From contig NC_068985.1 of NCBI RefSeq assembly GCF_001194135.2, positions 27,067,197 to 27,131,196 on the forward strand: 64,000 nt of DNA. The letters run 5' to 3'. The DNA comes from Octopus bimaculoides (Eukaryota). The notes beneath the pieces are model-generated. The model worked only from the letters and a program-made list of their open reading frames with translations, made no database searches and had not been told where the DNA came from. Each line of letters begins with the position of its first letter. Positions within the stretch are counted from its first letter, which is position 1. The position numbers and the translations under genes were made by a program. Shown in pieces: positions 61,900 to 64,000 of this stretch.

Positions 61900-62760
61900 C
61901 TCAAATGGCGGGAAATTCAATAAAAAAAATTGAGCTAGTAGCTTCGTAGGATCTTTTCCCTGCCGGTCAAAAGGTAAAGATCCGCTTTATATATTTGTAG
62001 CTATGACTTTATATATTTTTAGCGGCACTTAGAGTGGATATTTCCAGAAAAAATAATGTTTTTAAATATATCAGACATACTTTCCTAATGTCATAGACAA
62101 TTTTTTTTATAAGTAAACCGATCAAATAAAAGGAAATCGTCTATTTAACGAATACCGGAGAAAATGCTAGATAAATGCCCGGGTCGAAATTAGGCTTTCG
62201 ATTCCCAAAGTTTTCCGATGATAAATGCAAAGATTCGGGTGGTACTGCACGTCAGTCATAAAGATGCAGAGTCGGGGAAATAATAGAAACAATTCTTAAC
62301 CACTCCGAACGGTAATACTTAAAATACCTGCCATATTTAAATGATTTGACCATACACCACACGCTATTTAACGAGTGGTATTTTTTCTGTATCATATTAA
62401 CCTGTAGCATTTTTTCCGCTCACCATCACCTGATCCTTGGGCGCTTTTAGTAATATCCATACAGGTCAGGTCTTTGAGGATAAAACCACTAGTGTCAGTA
62501 ACTCCGAGAAAGATCATGAACATCGCTGTTTCTTTTCTAACAAAGCCATTAAAATATATAAATATAAACTAAGAAAAAAATTCTACTGATGATCTACCAT
62601 CTTCAAATAGTAAATTCAAAAAGTTTACCACGTGGAATATATTAATTTGCTGTGATGGACCCTTCCTATCCCGGAGAGAGTTGACTTACCCATTTTCTAA
62701 AGAAAAGGAAATAGTTCTGTCTGAAATGCTAAACTTTTCTTCCGCGCGACAAAAAAATTA
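61900..62760. promoter_or_regulatory. Candidate promoter / 5' exon region (possibly of HINFP)
   Basis: AAATGGCGGGAAA (overlapping YY1-like and E2F TTTCCCGC motifs) at 61903-61915, GCGCGGAAG on the minus strand at about 62738-62746, strong minus-strand donor G|GTAAGT at 62689, locally more CpG. Motif-only evidence. Confidence 0.3.
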
Positions 62761-64000
62761 ATTTTACTTTGAGAACTTTTATTTAGGCATCTTATAAGGT
62801 TTAGAAACATGTGTTCTGTTGCTCCTGTCGTTTTATACACACACACACACACACACAAAAGAAGCATTTATAATATGACTGTGTTTATATTAGACACGGA
62901 AGAAATAGCTAGGCGATCTTACGACAGAACTGGTATCGTAAGATCGCCAATAGGTATATGCAAATTATCTGCACAATTGATTAATAGCTTAATTAGTGCC
63001 TTCATTCATTTCTACGACTATGAAATCTGCATTTTGAGAAGGGAAGTGTGGAAATATGTTTCTAGTTCCACAGGGCATTTACCACATTCAAATAGCGAAA
63101 TGCTGGCGTAGATGTCTGAAAATTTATCCAATAAAGCAGACCTACTTACTTCTCCGCCGCCTCTATAAACCTGCTATACAAGTTTACGCGTGCACATGCA
63201 GCAACTTTTTGAACAATGCCCTTCGCTTATTTTCTTCCATTCGATGCTTGGATCCCAATTTCATCAAATCTAGACGCTATGACAAAGTCATCTAAAGAAG
63301 CGAAGATCATAATGCTTGTTTCACTATTGACTGAGTTTGATTATTTACCTATGCAACTTAAGACATGGTATAATGCATCAGATTAACTTTCTGTTAGGGA
63401 GGATCTATAATAACCATTAAAAACAGAATGATACATAATTTCAGTACAAGATTCTTTTAATTAAAAGAAACCACAAGGGTTTTTAATAATCTAAATGGCA
63501 AAACTTTGTGTGATCCACATCAACAGTTGATTGCTATTTCACACTAGTATTCACTACAATATATTTAGTCAAACGAATTTTATTGTAAGAGTTTGCGCAA
63601 ACCTCTAGTGATTCCGTACGTAGATGTGAAGCTTCAAATATAATGAGAAGAGAAAATGATAAGTAGGTAATTGACCGTTTAAGAACATAAGTGTTAGAAA
63701 AGGAAACAGCCAGAAAATCGGTTTACCGTGGTCTTATAAGGAGTCCTCTTTAGTAGCACACATCAATTTTAAGAACTAAGTTCAGGGATTGAGGGAACCC
63801 TTAGAAAATGTTAGACCCAATATGATGCATGTGTGTGTGTACAGGGGGAGGTTACTTTGTCAATGGCAGTTATATAGGTCTCAGAACCCCTTCTGGCTTC
63901 AGTAATCTACTCTAAAAATGTTGCATCACTACACGTAGAATCATTAAAGAGTCTGACAAAATGCCTTGCGATGTTTTCTCTGGGTCTTCACTTTCTCAGT

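Noticed and set aside
61905-61949. ATGGCG as start codon of a plus-strand gene
   Set aside because: The frame closes after 14 codons (TAG); kept only as a promoter-motif candidate.
62809-63295. ORFs of 100 and 79 aa at the right end, and broken minus-strand frames
   Set aside because: No recognisable motif, multiple stops on the minus strand; cannot be assigned without a homology search.

Overview
AT-rich, gap-riddled animal genomic DNA. The repeat landscape (tRNA-derived SINEs, RTE LINE tails, (TA)n tracts next to N gaps) suggests an octopus/cephalopod draft assembly; this is inferred, not database-checked. Three spliced genes were reconstructed by hand, each with GT-AG introns, consistent phases and an open frame. 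UFC1 (+, 5 coding exons, 12509-20495, 167 aa, catalytic Cys116). An RBM7/RBM11-like single-RRM gene (-, 2 coding exons, 31409-23664, 175 aa), convergent with UFC1. HINFP/MIZF, the histone H4 transcription factor (-, 9 coding exons, 57182-40113, 478 aa), whose 5' UTR exon(s) lie further right and are unlocated. The rest is mostly transposon debris: SINEs, RTE, HERO-like and CR1/Jockey-like LINE fragments, mariner/Tc1 and hAT fossils, and MITEs with intact target-site duplications (mariner TA, hAT 8 bp, piggyBac TTAA, Merlin/Mutator-like 9 bp). The best candidate for an undescribed system is a tRNA-headed element carrying a Penelope-type minimal hammerhead ribozyme (3 copies, two as a head-to-head foldback). 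Also notable: a CpG-rich MITE with telomeric repeats and a 9-bp TSD, a 249-bp foldback with nested palindromes, a bipartite SINE with a central microsatellite, near-identical inverted RTE tails flanking HINFP coding exons 2-8, and a templated insertion inside an RTE copy. Coordinates were counted by hand; TE boundaries without TSDs are approximate.
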